64,000 nt of DNA from Octopus bimaculoides (GCF_001194135.2 NC_068988.1:94648228-94712227); one strand, 5' to 3'. Positions 1 through 12,965 are shown, counted from the first letter of the stretch. Numbers and translations are program-made. The notes: generated by a model not told the origin, from the letters alone.

Positions 1-864
1 TCAGCGACTCAACGTACGTTTCTAAATGTGTGGAAAATATCAGCTGCTATTTTTACGCCAATAATCCCGCGATTAATGTATAATGTGATACATTCGGCTA
101 CAGTTTATTATTTGTAGGTGGAATGCAATGATTTTTTCTTGGTAGGTGTAGCAATAATACTTTCCGGCTGCTAATGAAGCCAATATACGATGTTATCAAA
201 TATCGACTATGAAATATTTTGAACGAATATCATGAGTGTGTCAAAAACCGATGACACGATTCGAGCCGCTTACCTCTCGGTTTGTTGTTCGATATTTTAT
301 CCAACTGCACCATCGTTCATCAGTCTCGACTCTTTCTTTAATCAGTTGTTAATCCTCCCAAAAAACAATAACATGGAAGTGAATATAGAAGATTACTGTT
401 TCTCTTGATATATTTTGGTATGTAATAATCGTGAAATTAGATGGATAATTACATTTTATGTTATCATAGTGTCACTATTTTAAACCCAAATGGGATGCCT
501 GCAACGGCAAATAGAAATTTGGTATGGAATACATACGATAAGTAGATTTTTCCATCATGCATACCTGCCTTTAAGCAATATGATAACTTATAGATATTAT
601 GGTTAGATGAATATTATTGCTCATTCAAGTCTGGCTCTGAGAATTATCCAGCGGCTACAACTGTAGGAAGTAGAAATTAATTAAAATACAACTAAAATCG
701 ATGATTGTATAATTAATATTCCAAACTGTGTAAGTAGTAATAAAATTAATATTCTGTTGTGAGAAATGAAGCGTTTAAATTAACAGGTTGCTGAACAAAA
801 TCCAATTTCTCACTTTCGAAACACATACACTTATATATATATGACATATACATACAGTTGCGTT

Positions 865-945
865 ATATATAATCATCATCATCATCATCATCATCATCGT
901 CGTCGTCGTCGTCATCATCATCACCAGCAGCAACAACAGCAGCAA
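865..945. repeat. Compound trinucleotide microsatellite (ATC)n(GTC)n(CAG/CAA)n
   Basis: Directly visible; explains the poly-M/T/L ORF 775..987. Confidence 0.9.
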
Positions 946-1690
946 TTTTTCTCCCCTTCTCCCTCCCTGTCTCTCACATACAAACATTTACAGCTTCGCA
1001 TATATGTCTCTTACGTATAAGGAAGTTTCCTTCTCTGCTTTTCTCTTTCACTTTCTCTCTTGGCATACACATACATTTATATATGTGTATATGTATATAT
1101 GTATGTATCTATGTATGTATGTACACACACATACAATCGCGCGCGCGCCACTATGCGTAGAAGCCGCATTAATTCGGTCGCCTCCCCACCACCGACATTT
1201 CTGTATTACATGTCACTCCCAATAGGATTTCCTGTAAACGCAGCAACAACTGCGGAGGTTATGTGCACCTTTGCTACAGACATAACTAAACAGTATGTAA
1301 ATTTTATTACCACAGCACATGTTGGCAGACAATCAGAACCTACGATGACATTCTTCAGATCTGCTCTTGTAGACGTGAGTGACCAGTGGTCCACATAGTG
1401 GCGCTGTACATGTTTATAGCTATGGCTATCAACGGTCAGTGATCCTTTCTCCATGCTTGTCAATTCACCACATAACTATCAACACATTCACACACGCACA
1501 CTCACTCATACATACGCACGCACGTACACACCCACGCACACACTGATTAAATTTATTTTAAACTTCTATCAAAGTAGCTTCGCCTGATCATTCATAGACA
1601 TTCTATAACTCTGTGTATATTGCGATTACATAATGCTTGAACATACGTATAGATATCTATATACATGCACATATACATACACACACACAC

Positions 1691-1779
<89 letters not shown>

Positions 1780-1804
1780 ATAATCCATGGATGGAATTTA
1801 TAAA

Positions 1805-1940
1805 TATTTTAATGTATCACTACGCGCGTTTCCATAAATCACTTGTTTTATGTTACCATAGTGCGCATTCCCGGGAATGCGAACTATTGTCACAAAAACA
1901 CGTGACATTTGGAAACGCGCGTGGCGATAGATTAATATAT
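1805..1940. repeat. Loopless imperfect palindrome (~135 bp), probable hairpin/MITE-type element
   Basis: Perfect core CGCATTCCC|GGGAATGCG at 1864-1881; arms ATCACTACGCGCGTTTCCA (1816-1834) and TGGAAACGCGCGTGGCGAT (1910-1928) continue the symmetry. Confidence 0.75.
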
Positions 1941-2010
1941 ACACACATATATATATATATATGATTGTATATACGTATTATAGTATTTATTATCAATGGC
2001 TACTGAGACA

Positions 2011-2218
2011 GCGAGCTGGCAGAGTCTTTTAGCATGCTGGGAAAAGTGCTGAGCTGTATTTCGTCCGGCTTTGAGTTCTAATTCCATCGAAGCCGACTTT
2101 CCTTTCCATCTTTCGGAATCGATAAAATAAGTACCAATTGAGCACTGGAGTCGATGTTACCGACTTAACCCCCTCCTCTAAATCTGCTGGCCGTGTGCCA
2201 ACATTCGAAATGATTATT
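2011..2218 (+). mobile_element. tRNA-derived SINE, family A (GCGAGCTGGCAGA head)
   Basis: Matches other copies in the window (e.g. 11916-12139): head GCGAGCTGGCAGA, central CTTTCCATCTTTCGGAATCGATAAAATAAGTACC, tail GGCCGTGTGCC. Confidence 0.85.
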
Positions 2219-2574
2219 GATAGCAATCGTTTCGCAGATATTTGCTTCCCAAAATTGTTCTGGAAAGCCAATATTATCGATGGATTAAGCTTTATTGTTT
2301 CATAAAATTCATTCGAGTTTTTCTTGTTCTCTGACACTCCGAGTTCGAAACCAATCGAGGTTTTGTTTGCCTTTTCTTCTTCCCGGATGCATAGATTAAA
2401 GGACCAGCCAAACACTCCTATTCGATGTAACCGACTATTCCTTCCTATTAATATATATGTGTGTGTGTGAACATATTTATATGTGTGCATGTATAGTAAT
2501 ATATATATATATATTGCTGTAATTTGGCGATTATTTATCTCAGATACATAAGTGTGGAGATTCTACTACAGATT

Positions 2575-2761
2575 TTATACTCATAGGCAGGAGTAGTTAA
2601 GTCGATTACAGTCGACCCCGGTGCACAACTAGTAGTTACATTTTCGACCCAGAAATGATAAAATGAAAAGTCTGCCTCAACGGGATTTGAGCTCAGATGG
2701 TAAAGACGGACGAAATATCGCTAAGCCCGGTGTGCTAATGCTTCTGACAATTCACCGCCTT
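2575..2761 (-). mobile_element. tRNA-derived SINE, family A (diverged)
   Basis: Reverse complement aligns to family A head, B-box region and central domain. Confidence 0.8.
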
Positions 2762-3445
2762 GTGTCAGTAAGTGTGTGTGTGTGCATACGGATTCATACG
2801 TAACCATATCTATTTACTTATCGATCTGTCCGCATGTGTGGCAGTAATGTATGCTTGTATGTATTCATGTATAAATGTTTATACATGTATAGTACATACA
2901 TATTTAGGTGTTTATTTTAATTTATTCAAATATGTATTAACCAAATATTGTACGCTAAAGACACATGCACAAACATACATATATACCCACATGTTTATAG
3001 GTATATGTATAGATGTGCATGTATGCGTATGTGTGTACGTGTGTGTATGTGTGTATGTGTGTGTATGTGTGTATGTAGGTATAAATTAAGAGAAATGCGA
3101 AAGAGAAAAAGTGTTGAAATAAGCATTGAACCAGTGAAAGAGGCAGAACGAAATGAGAAGACAAAAGAGTGCTGAGTGGGCAGAAGGAGCGAATACACAA
3201 TTGCAGAGTGTACAGCCCTCTGGTGAGGAGAGAGAATGGAGTTAGGGTGGAATATGGAGCAAGGCGATATTAAGGATGAACTAATGAAATAAATAGGAGA
3301 CATGATAGAGTTAATGAGAATGAGTAACCAAGCGAGACAGCGAAGACAAGGTTTTTGGGAAAAGAGCAATGAATGTTATGTGTGTGTGTGTGAGTATGTA
3401 AAGAGGGAGAGAGACAGACAAGCAGCTAGAGATAGAAACCGAAGC

Positions 3446-3498
<53 letters not shown>

Positions 3499-3959
3499 GG
3501 GAGAGAGGGGATAAAATAACTGGTAAACATATTTAAAAATAGTGAGATAGAAAGAGTAATGGGTGCTGAGTGGAAAATAGTCGGCCGTGTTAATATGGCT
3601 CGAAGGAAGGAATGAGAGCAGGAAGAAAATAGTAAAAGAATTAGAAGATAATTGAATTTTATTATAATTACGATCGTGTCAGGCTGATTGAAGGGAGCAG
3701 AGGTGTTTTTCTGAGATGTTTATGTTATTTTTAAGCATTGCAGAGAAAAATAAGCCGTTAGAGAGGAAGAAATGTTACGTGAGAGTAGATATAATAATCA
3801 CAATTTATCTCTGCCCTCCTTCCCCACCCCGCTAAAAAACCATCAGAGTTGAATTGCTTTATCAATTGCTACTAAAATCATTTAGATTCATAATTTCTTC
3901 CGTTTTATACACATATGCTTCTTCGTCCGGCGAACATGGACTTGTTTTTTTCTTTTACT

Positions 3960-4530
3960 TGCTATTTTTCTTAATGATCAGTGCTGGAGGAAGATTCTGC
4001 GCCCATAGCCTTCCCAGACTCCCACAGGACCGATGAGACTGATGCAGGTTATCGTTTTGGTGAACAGTTGGAAGTTGGTGGCTGCAGGATAAACATGGGC
4101 TGGGAAGGGTTTCAGAGGACTGATGCTCAGAGAAAAGGTACAGGGGTTAGTAAAAATTTGTAACGTAAACAATGTATGATAGATGAGAAAACAACAAGCG
4201 AAGGGATATGGAGTAGCTGAGTGATGAGATGAGATCAGGCAATTCCGTGGAGCAGAGGCCAGCTTGGTAAAGAGAAGTAAAACAGAGCATCAGACCATCA
4301 GATGCATGTCAGTCAGGCGAGTGGCTTTCTTTTGGATATATATATATATACATATAGTCGGTTTCTAACCTAGATCCAAGGTTCTTGCATTAGAATTTCA
4401 ACATCAGTAACAGGGTATTTTTGTTCGTACGGATAGGGATTGAGGTTATGTGCAGCACAAATAATTGACCACTAATATACAGATCGTCTGCAGATCGCTC
4501 GCCAAGAAGTTGTAGAATCGTCTTTCCTTG
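3960..4530 (-). mobile_element. Decayed LINE (CR1/Jockey group) RT C-terminal fragment
   Basis: Minus-strand translation across frameshifts gives FLASDLQTI..., GLCSTELPDLI..., PFPAHVYPAATNFQLFTKTITCISL, resembling the RT C-terminus/3' end of CR1/Jockey-group LINEs. Confidence 0.65.
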
Positions 4531-4789
4531 ACCGAGAGACTACCATTAATACATTATATGTATGTAAGTATATATGTACGTACGGTCGGACGTTCGTACT
4601 ATGTAGATACACACACATACACACAAACACACAAACACACACATACATACATACATACTAACATACATATTTACATACATGCACACACATATAAGTTTCA
4701 GGGATACGAATGCAGTTCATTTTCAATTCAACACTATAGTTATTGAATGAAATATTTCAGTTCGAATACTTTAGCATTAAAGTTAAGTA

Positions 4790-7700
4790 TTGTCAAAGTT
4801 TGTCATTCCTTTGCAGAATAACAACGTTTAAAATATGTCCCTATTCTGCATATTTGTAACATCTTTATGTTGGTCGCTGAATATTTGCAAACAACTGCAA
4901 ACACATTAAATTTATTTATATGGTTTCATTAAAATAATCGCCACTTATATTAATAACCTGATCAATGCATGGTTTTTGTTGACTCCATCAGATAATCTCC
5001 ATATACTTTCTGTGCTTCCTATGTGTTCTTCTCTCAATTAGCTATAATATCTTCCTTTTGTGCAATGTCATCTTTCTGTCCACGTTAAAAATCAAACGGA
5101 ATAAACGACTGCAAAGTTGAAAATAAATCCATATCGTGTTACAGTGAGCTGATTTTTTTTAGCCAAAACTCTAAACAACGTACATTAGAACACAAAATAA
5201 AGTAATTTAATCACTGACAGAATCTCTCTTAGGTGTGTATCAGCAGTCGATGTTGTCAACTCAATAATGACACCGCTACTTATGAAAGAACATTAGATTT
5301 CAGAATATGCTTTTACATATTGTTACGAAATACTCTGTAATCGAGTAGAGGGAAAGATTTTATGCATATTTTTGTTACATATACATATCTTCTCTCTGTA
5401 AGTTTCTGGTACGTGGGTGTATTTTCAAAAGCAATGCGATGTGTAAATTGCATTGGTATGCAAATTTATGGCTTGATGTTTGCAGTTGTCCAAGACTGTC
5501 TAAAGAATATATATGGAATATCTACGTCGATACTGAATCAAAGTATACAAACCATTCTCTCACGAATTCATTTATCCTCTAACTCACTGCATGCTTCTAA
5601 TTCCTCTGCAGCTAAACTGCCAGTTTGCCAATGGTAACTTTATACGAGATTTTTATTTAATTTCTCTAAAGATTCGGAATGAAATGCTGGGATAAAAACC
5701 AGTATTTACGTCTTTCATTTTTATATTTAGTAGGTGAGCACATAATGGGAGTGGAATATATTTTTAATAAGATGTTATTGTTGCGTGATACCAGGTTAAT
5801 CTTCACGTAGCATGCCTTTGGTCAAACGAATGCCATCCATAATCTCCTCAAATCTTAGGGGTGACCTGGATATTACATTATTTTCTGCTGATTGAAGTCT
5901 TTTAATGATATTTTTGCCGAATTCCGAATTTACATCTTGTCTTTCTTTTTAGGATACCTTTGCGGAATTCCAAATATTTGGAAGTATGTATATTTAATAT
6001 ATCAAATGTAAAGAGTGGATTTTGCAGGGACCTGGATTAAATTTTTAAATATTAGTTTTTGGTATACGTTTAAATACCTAAGATAGAGTCATTTAACATG
6101 CAAATTTAATTCAAATGAGAAGATTCAGTGAGAATATTATTTATAGATTTAAAACATTAATATGACAATTTATGCTTATTAAAGAATACATTTCACTTGT
6201 CGATTTCAAAATACGATTTATTTTTTGTTCGACCAAAAATTCGTTACAATATTTATTTTGGTAAGAAACAATGAAAATTCATCAATAGAAATAATTATTA
6301 ATTAAAATAATAAATACGACTGGATATAACCAAATTTAGGATTGCATTATATTCCAAAAAATTAATCAAATATATTAAAATGTTATAAATAAATGGAATT
6401 AAGTATTGAAAAAACCTTATCACTGGCAAATTTACCATAACGAAAAAATATTCCACATGTCGATTTAAATAATTTTATGTACGATTCGTTGCAATCAATA
6501 ATTTTTTTTTAAAAACTTGAAAATTTTTTTTAGAAATATTATATACTTTATAAAAATTATTTCTGACTTTTGTCATTTTTGTACATGGCTTTGCTCTTCA
6601 ACTAACTTATGATCATTTTCCTCCTATTTATCATGATGTCTGTGGGCAGCGAGCGAAGCAAATATTGGATAAGAGAGACACCAAGCATCATTGCAAGATT
6701 CTGTATGACAACATCCAGGGCATTAACATCGTAGCCAGCTGATACTTGTTTATTAATGGTAGCATTAAGCGCAATCCGGAACTGCTCTAGAAAGTTATTC
6801 GCAATGCGCTCAACAAATGTTTTCAAACTAGACGATTCATATTTTTGAGGTTCATCAAAATACATTTCAAACCAATTGTCTCTAGTGAGAATAAATCCAC
6901 TTATTTTTGTAAGAAAAACAAGAATCGTAAATCTCACATGACGTTTAGTTATCATTATTTTATCTCTCCCAGCCACCAATTATATCCCCAATGCAATATT
7001 TACAGGGTTCGATGGTCAAATTGTCGTCATTTATTTCGCACGAGAGACCAACAAGACTCTTTGTAACACCAAAGATGAACTGAGGGCAAGTATTATGGCA
7101 GCATTCACCAACTTAAAGAAGGAGACTGTCTAGAAGAGTTGCACGAGATTCAGTAGTCGTCTGGAGGCCATGGTTGAAGCTAATGGTGATTTTATTGAAT
7201 AAATTTACACTTTAGTATTTCAAGATATTTTTATGTAAGTTTGGTAAATATGTCTGTTAAAATGAGATGTCAGTGTTATTTTCATTTTTGCGTTATTTAG
7301 ACGAGTTTACTCCCCGCACCCTCTATATATCGCATTATTTCTGAGCTAAGGTGATACTTTTTCCTATTCGACTGCTACCAGGCAATTTAAAGCGCAACCT
7401 AATCATTCTTTTCCAATTAAATCAGTGCGTATATATATATATAAATGACTAAACGTCAGCCATAGTTTTAAAAATATGAGGAACGTAGCTGAAAATTTTC
7501 AACTTTTGAAGAGGGCCTTCATTTCCATCATATGACAGTTTTTTCCTATCATCCACCGTATTTGATTTCATGTGGAGTAAATATAGAATGTTCCATATAG
7601 GAGTTTCTTCGTCGTATCGCAGGTATATTTTACATTAGAATGAAACTAAAAACAACTTCAGCTTCAATATTTTAAAGCTGTAAAATTTCTCCTGTAATGT

Positions 7701-8030
7701 TCCAATTTTAATTGAGAATGTTATCACTCCTATGCCTACGTGTGTTTCTTTGTAGGGAATAAATGTGCCTTTAATCAGAAACCAAACCTTAATTTTTTTC
7801 CTTAGATTAATACACTACCAGAAGATCAATAAAGAGTCTATCCCTACTCTTAACAATATCTATGTATGAAATTCTGAGATCATAACAATATCATAAACAA
7901 TAACTAGTTACGGAACCATAAAATTATAACGCAATTATTAAATACAAAGTTAGAAAAATCTAAACATTGATTTTGTGAACGTAGCATTATTATCATGAAG
8001 AATTCGATGCATTTTCTTCTGTTTTAATAT
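4790..8030 (-). mobile_element. Decayed Helitron RepHel, copy B (Rep-helicase linker plus PIF1-like helicase)
   Basis: Minus-strand peptides in RepHel order: EAEVVFSFILM*NIPAI (cf. EAxWRIFxF...PA), NALDVVIQNLAMMLGVSLIQY (cf. NEALxxIEDxxxxMGxxLxxYGLP), IMDGIRL..RED*PGI (cf. MGG..GDFRQxLP), SHKFAYQCNLHIALL (cf. PHxLxLKVxxPIMLL), IPFDF*RGQ (cf. MPFxFKRLQ); many stops and frameshifts. Confidence 0.6.
7040..7328 (+). mobile_element. Tc1/mariner-superfamily (maT/DD37D-like) transposase 3' end with right terminus, inserted in Helitron B
   Basis: Encodes ETNKTLCNTKDELRASIMAAFTNLKKETV*KSCTRFSSRLEAMVEANGDFIE*; ends in CCCGCACCCTCTATA (terminus plus TA). Confidence 0.8.
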
Positions 8031-8033
8031 ACT

Positions 8034-8034
<1 letters not shown>

Positions 8035-8109
<75 letters not shown>

Positions 8110-8170
8110 AGAGAGAGAGATAGAGAGATGCAGACAGACAGACAGACAGACAGACATACAGACAGACAAA
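8035..8170. repeat. (AG)n/(GACA)n microsatellite
   Basis: Directly visible. Confidence 0.95.
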
Positions 8171-8558
8171 GAAAGAGAGAGATAACAGATAGGGAAAGAA
8201 AAATAGGAAGAGAGAAGTGACGTGAGATACGAAGGAACGGGGGAAATATCGATATATTTCCAAAAATGCACTCACACACAATACTACTGATGATGATGAT
8301 GATTGAAAGAGAGAAGACACTGCAACCAATCAATCATTAATATTATTATTATTATTATTATTATCATCATCATCATCATCATCATCATCATTATCATTAT
8401 TATTATTATTATCTCGACTAACACTGCAGTGTTCCTGAAGTAGCTCCAACGGAAATATAACCCGACTGCGGATGATACCAGGTAGCCCCAAACTATGCCA
8501 GTGCTCTACTCAACACTTCAACACACTATTCGGCATATACACATTAGTCCAAAATATT

Positions 8559-8561
<3 letters not shown>

Positions 8562-8653
<92 letters not shown>
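8562..8653. repeat. (AC)n(AT)n microsatellite
   Basis: Directly visible. Confidence 0.95.
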
Positions 8654-8654
<1 letters not shown>

Positions 8655-8739
8655 TTATGCATATGGATACCAAATATATTTGTACCATCATCTTGTAATT
8701 GACTGTATTTTGTCAAGAAGAAGAGAAGCAAGTACCTCG

Positions 8740-11700
8740 CGGTTAAGAGCCATGTATGCGCTCGGCAAAAGGCCGAGTGTTAATGAGAAGAAACAATTTC
8801 GTTTTTGTTAAATTTGAATGACATAACTCTCAACAAACTCATTTAAATATGTTTTTAAATATGTAGAAAGTGTATCATGTTTTCAAATATGTTTTGCGTA
8901 TATTTTGTTTGTGTAATGCAAATACATGTCTAACTTGGATTTTTCCTGTTTCTCATATCTGAAGAAATTCTCACAACGCTTTTACTCATAATGTTAATTT
9001 CATGACTTCAGTAAATATGATCGTTGTTTTAGCTTATATATTTTCTCGTAGTTCTAAATTGATATGCAACATATTGAGCAGAAGTAATTCTAACAAGAAT
9101 GAGTATTGTTCGGTTAGAGTTCTAGCGTAGACAAAATTTTAATATGAAAGGATGTTGGCTCGGTCTCAAAAAGTGATCACGCAAAATAAAGCCGGCCATG
9201 TATGAGATGAACATGGATTTGTCAGTTCAACTTCTCCAAGCCTGGGGGACTATGCGTAGAGCTTGATAATGGTCATAGGAAATAGACATTGTCACTGGAA
9301 CCCGAAGGCGTTGTTACAGAAATGACATATCTGAGAGGTCCAAGGAAATGCTTAGAATTTAAACATTTTCTCACTTGGCACACTGACGTCATAATAACGG
9401 TTTAGATCACATAGAATATAACATTTGTGGCAGGTAATCTTGTACTGTTACAGATTCTTTGGTGCATCCAAATTTCTTAGAAACCTTATAGGTGTACCAA
9501 AGTTTATAAGAATATTATGAAGGCGGACAGCAGCAGGGAGCGGCAGGGATTTGTTAAACAATGTTGGATATTTATCAGCATCGTTAACGTTAACTAGTGT
9601 GAATAGGAATGGTATTTGGTAAATGAGGATGCCATTCATATCCTGTACAATGGCACTTTCAGGATCTACGATGGCACGTTTACAAAAAACACTCTTGCTC
9701 TCTATAATTCAGGAAGAGTTTTGGAAAAACGTCGGATAGCTTTTCAAGAGATGCGTCCCATTTTTTTCTTTCCTTTTTGCATTTTTTTTGTTGTTGATAT
9801 TTTTACAATCCCATTCCCATTGTCACTTGGTTATCTTTCCCCTTCTGTGGCATTTAATATAACGTCTTCTGTCATGGCATCCTGATGATTATGCAAATTT
9901 TACTGACGATTGAATGATAAACAAGCACAGACGTGATACCAAAGAGATTTCTCATCTTGCCTCGAGACTGCAAAATTTTCATCCTTTTTCAAGGTTTCAT
10001 TCCCTTTTTTTTTCTGCATTATATTCCAAGAAACACCTTTTATGGAAAGCTTCACAGTTTCTTATGCAGACATAGCAAGCAAATGTATCAGGGTACTAGA
10101 ATTAGGTTACGCTAAGAACATTGTTAAACAGAGAAAGATAACGTTTCTGTGTAACACTAACGCCTACACTAAACTAACGCCGTGTTATAACATTTGGACT
10201 CTCCCTACAGTTTGTTTGTCGATTCATCTCCGTTTCACAGTTCGAAAGCGGCAAGATTGTCTTAAATGCATCGTTGTGGTTTACCTTTAAACCTCCTTGC
10301 AAAAGTCGGTCGACAATCATTCACAAACATCATCGGTTATGTATAAAAATATATACGCATGAACACATGATCACATGCACACACGTACCCTTTCCCACAC
10401 ATATATGTATATGTATGTATGTATGCATGTATGTATGTGTGTATGTATGTATGTATGTATGTATGTATGTATATACTTAATATGCATGTATGTACATACA
10501 TATTGATATATAAATACATACATGTGTATTTCTATAGATATATATGTGTGAGTGTGTGTGCTTGTGTGTATATGTATGTATGTATATAATATGTATGTAT
10601 GTATGTATGTATGTACGTAAACGTATATAAAATCACTTACGTCACGCTTTTAATGTTTCGATATTTTGACTTGTAATATATTTGCTAATTTGAGAGTATA
10701 TACGTCCATAACGTACCAGTGTGTAGACACGTATATATAAGTGTATGAGTGAGTATATGCGCATATACATCTGTTTGTGTTCCTCCGCGTATTTTTTGAG
10801 GGTTTAAATTTTATGTACGCATAAATTATGCATAAATTATGTCTATAAACACTTCTAAATGTTGATTCGAATATAAAGAGAACAGACAAAAATATGCCAT
10901 CATCGTAATCATTGAACTTAAACTGTGCATATTCACTGAACAGAGATCAAGAAACGCTATGCGCTAATACTAGTTGTCGTTGTGTGTACGTGTGTACGTG
11001 TGTATGTATGTGAGAGAGTTCCTTTGATCTGTGCTTACATTTACCAAAATTTTCAGACCTCTATAAACATAATGTGATATTTAAAGAGATTTATGTTCAT
11101 CTTTAATGAAAGAAATTCACTCTATCAATTCCTTTAGAGAAGGAATAACAAAAGGCAACAACTATGAAAATAGCCTTATAAGGTAAAGCGAAATCTTTCG
11201 AAGAATATAGAACTAAATCATATTTTGATTCAGTGTTATGATGATGGGTATATTCCTAATGCACCTAACCGTTGCATGTCCAGTGGATTTGCTAACATTT
11301 CAAAGACAGGTGAGGATTTTGGATGTTCGAGAAAAAAAAGTCGCGTAACTGTTATTTCACGTGATTTTTCTAAACAAAATATTATTCATATCTTTAACAC
11401 GAGCACATACATAAATACGAAGTACAAACACGCACGTACATATGTGTGTGTGTGTACATGTGTGTGTTTGTGTGTGTGTATGCGTATAGGTATACGTGTG
11501 CTCCCTCATTCATACGTATATGTATATGTGCCACATAACCTCACAAGCCTAATATGAGCGTGTGTGGAGATGACTGCACACATGCATACACTCGTACACA
11601 CATATACACGCATACATACATAAATACATATGTGCGTACATACATGATTACATATATATATACCTGTACATGTGTGTGTGCACGCGTGCGCGCGTGTTTA

Positions 11701-12390
11701 TGTACGTATACATATTTCGAATGCATCTATTTTATTTATGTTGTGTTAAAATTCCAATTCTGTGGCCATGTGTGTTGCTACATTATTTCAAAATACACAA
11801 TGACGCGATAAAATGTTTTGACATTTTAATCTCAAGTATAGGAAGACATTCAAAGGCTGTTTGGACCCTAGAAACCACAAAACACAAAAATGTCTGTCGT
11901 TATTATCCCAACACGAAGGCGGCGAGCTAGCAGAGACGTTAGTACACTGGGCGAACTGCTTAGCAGTATTTCGTCTACCTTTACGTTCTGAGTTCAAATT
12001 CCGCCGAGGTCGACTTTGCTTTTCATCCTTTCGGGGGTCGATAAATTAAGTACCAGTTGCGTACTGGGGCCGATCTAATCGACTGGCGCCTTCCCTAATC
12101 ATTTTTGGGCCTTGTGCCTAGAATAGAAAAGACTATCAACCCAACACGTATGACAGACATTTTCGCCATTTCAAAGCGAATGCCGGTGTAATTTTCTGCA
12201 AAAGGATTTTGCTTGTGGTTTCTTGTTAACCATAAATGACTTAAACTGGTTCCTGCTGCCATGTATACCTGTTTGGCGGTCTTAACTCGTTGGAAAGTTG
12301 CAGTAGCAGACTTCAGTAGGGACCAACAACACACGCTTATTAATATGCTAAAATCTCCTCAAAACACGTTCATGTATGCCTTAATGTTAG
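8740..12390 (-). mobile_element. Decayed Helitron RepHel, copy A (linker, PIF1-like helicase, 3' region), interrupted by microsatellites and a SINE
   Basis: Minus strand reads SLEKLSDVFPKLFLNYREQEC-FCKRAIVDPESAIVQDMNGILIYQIP, YPTLFNKSLPLP..HNILINFGTPIRFLRNLDAPK-ICNSTRL, SDMSFL*QRLRVPV..LTNPCSSH, LLQGG..HNDAFK..PL, SLWYHV, VVGP..TFQRVKT. These match the Helitron helicase pattern (VFPNL..ERAILAP, YPTEFLNSL..LLRNLDxPxLCNGTRL, SDMPFxFKRLQFPV, NPCFSHGQLY). GC hairpin CTCGGC-AAAAG-GCCGAG at 8761-8777 is a possible 3' hairpin. Confidence 0.85.
11916..12139 (+). mobile_element. Full-length family A SINE with 9-bp target-site duplication, inserted in Helitron A
   Basis: CCCAACACG at 11907-11915 and 12140-12148; B-box GAGTTCAAATTC; central CTTTCATCCTTTCGGGGGTCGATAAATTAAGTACCAG. 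Confidence 0.9.
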
Positions 12391-12548
12391 TGTGTTTACG
12401 TCCCCGTAACTTAGTGATTCGGCAAAACAGACCAATAGAATAAGTACTAGGTTTACAAAGAATAAGTCCTGGGGTCGATTTGTTCGACTAAAGGCGGTGC
12501 TCCAGAATGGAGAATGAAATGACTGAAATAAGCAAAAGAATTAAAGAA
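12388..12548 (+). mobile_element. SINE family B, 3' half
   Basis: Aligns to 31050-31219 (GTTTACGTCCCCGTAACTTAG...GGTGCTCCAG...AAATGACTGAAA). Confidence 0.85.
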
Positions 12549-12552
12549 ATAT

Positions 12553-12589
<37 letters not shown>

Positions 12590-12931
12590 NNNNNNNNNNN
12601 NNNNNNNNNNNNNNNNNNNNNNNNNNNNNNNNNNNNNNNNNNNNNNNNNNNNNNNNNNNNNNNNNNNNNNNNNNNNNNNNNNNNNNNNNNNNNNNNNNNN
12701 NNNNNNNNNNNNNNNNNNNNNNNNNNNNNNNNNNNNNNNNNNNNNNNNNNNNNNNNNNNNNNNNNNNNNNNNNNNNNNNNNNNNNNNNNNNNNNNNNNNN
12801 NNNNNNNNNNNNNNNNNNNNNNNNNNNNNNNNNNNNNNNNNNNNNNNNNNNNNNNNNNNNNNNNNNNNNNNNNNNNNNNNNNNNNNNNNNNNNNNNNNNN
12901 NNNNNNNNNNNNNNNNNNNNNNNNNNNNNNN

Positions 12932-12965
<34 letters not shown>

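Noticed and set aside
1060-1463. Overlapping ORFs on both strands in a moderately GC-rich patch
   Set aside because: No recognisable domain or consistent splice sites; the plus-strand ORF begins in microsatellite sequence.
6602-6979. Resemblance of LTRDNWFE / NLAMMLGVSL to orthomyxovirus PB1 motifs A and B
   Set aside because: Motif spacing is too short, there is no SDD motif C, and the context is Helitron.
7338-7382. Walker A-like peptide PGSSRIGKSITLAQK (minus strand), suggesting a NACHT/NLR gene or viral SF3 helicase
   Set aside because: Flanking peptides fit the Helitron Rep-helicase linker, where this position corresponds to IGRxYTVxP. No intact Walker B follows, and the real helicase lies downstream.
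11234-11309. Plus-strand candidate exon with good AG/GT sites (signal-peptide-like MGIFLMHLTVAC)
   Set aside because: Lies antisense within Helitron copy A, and no partner exons were found.
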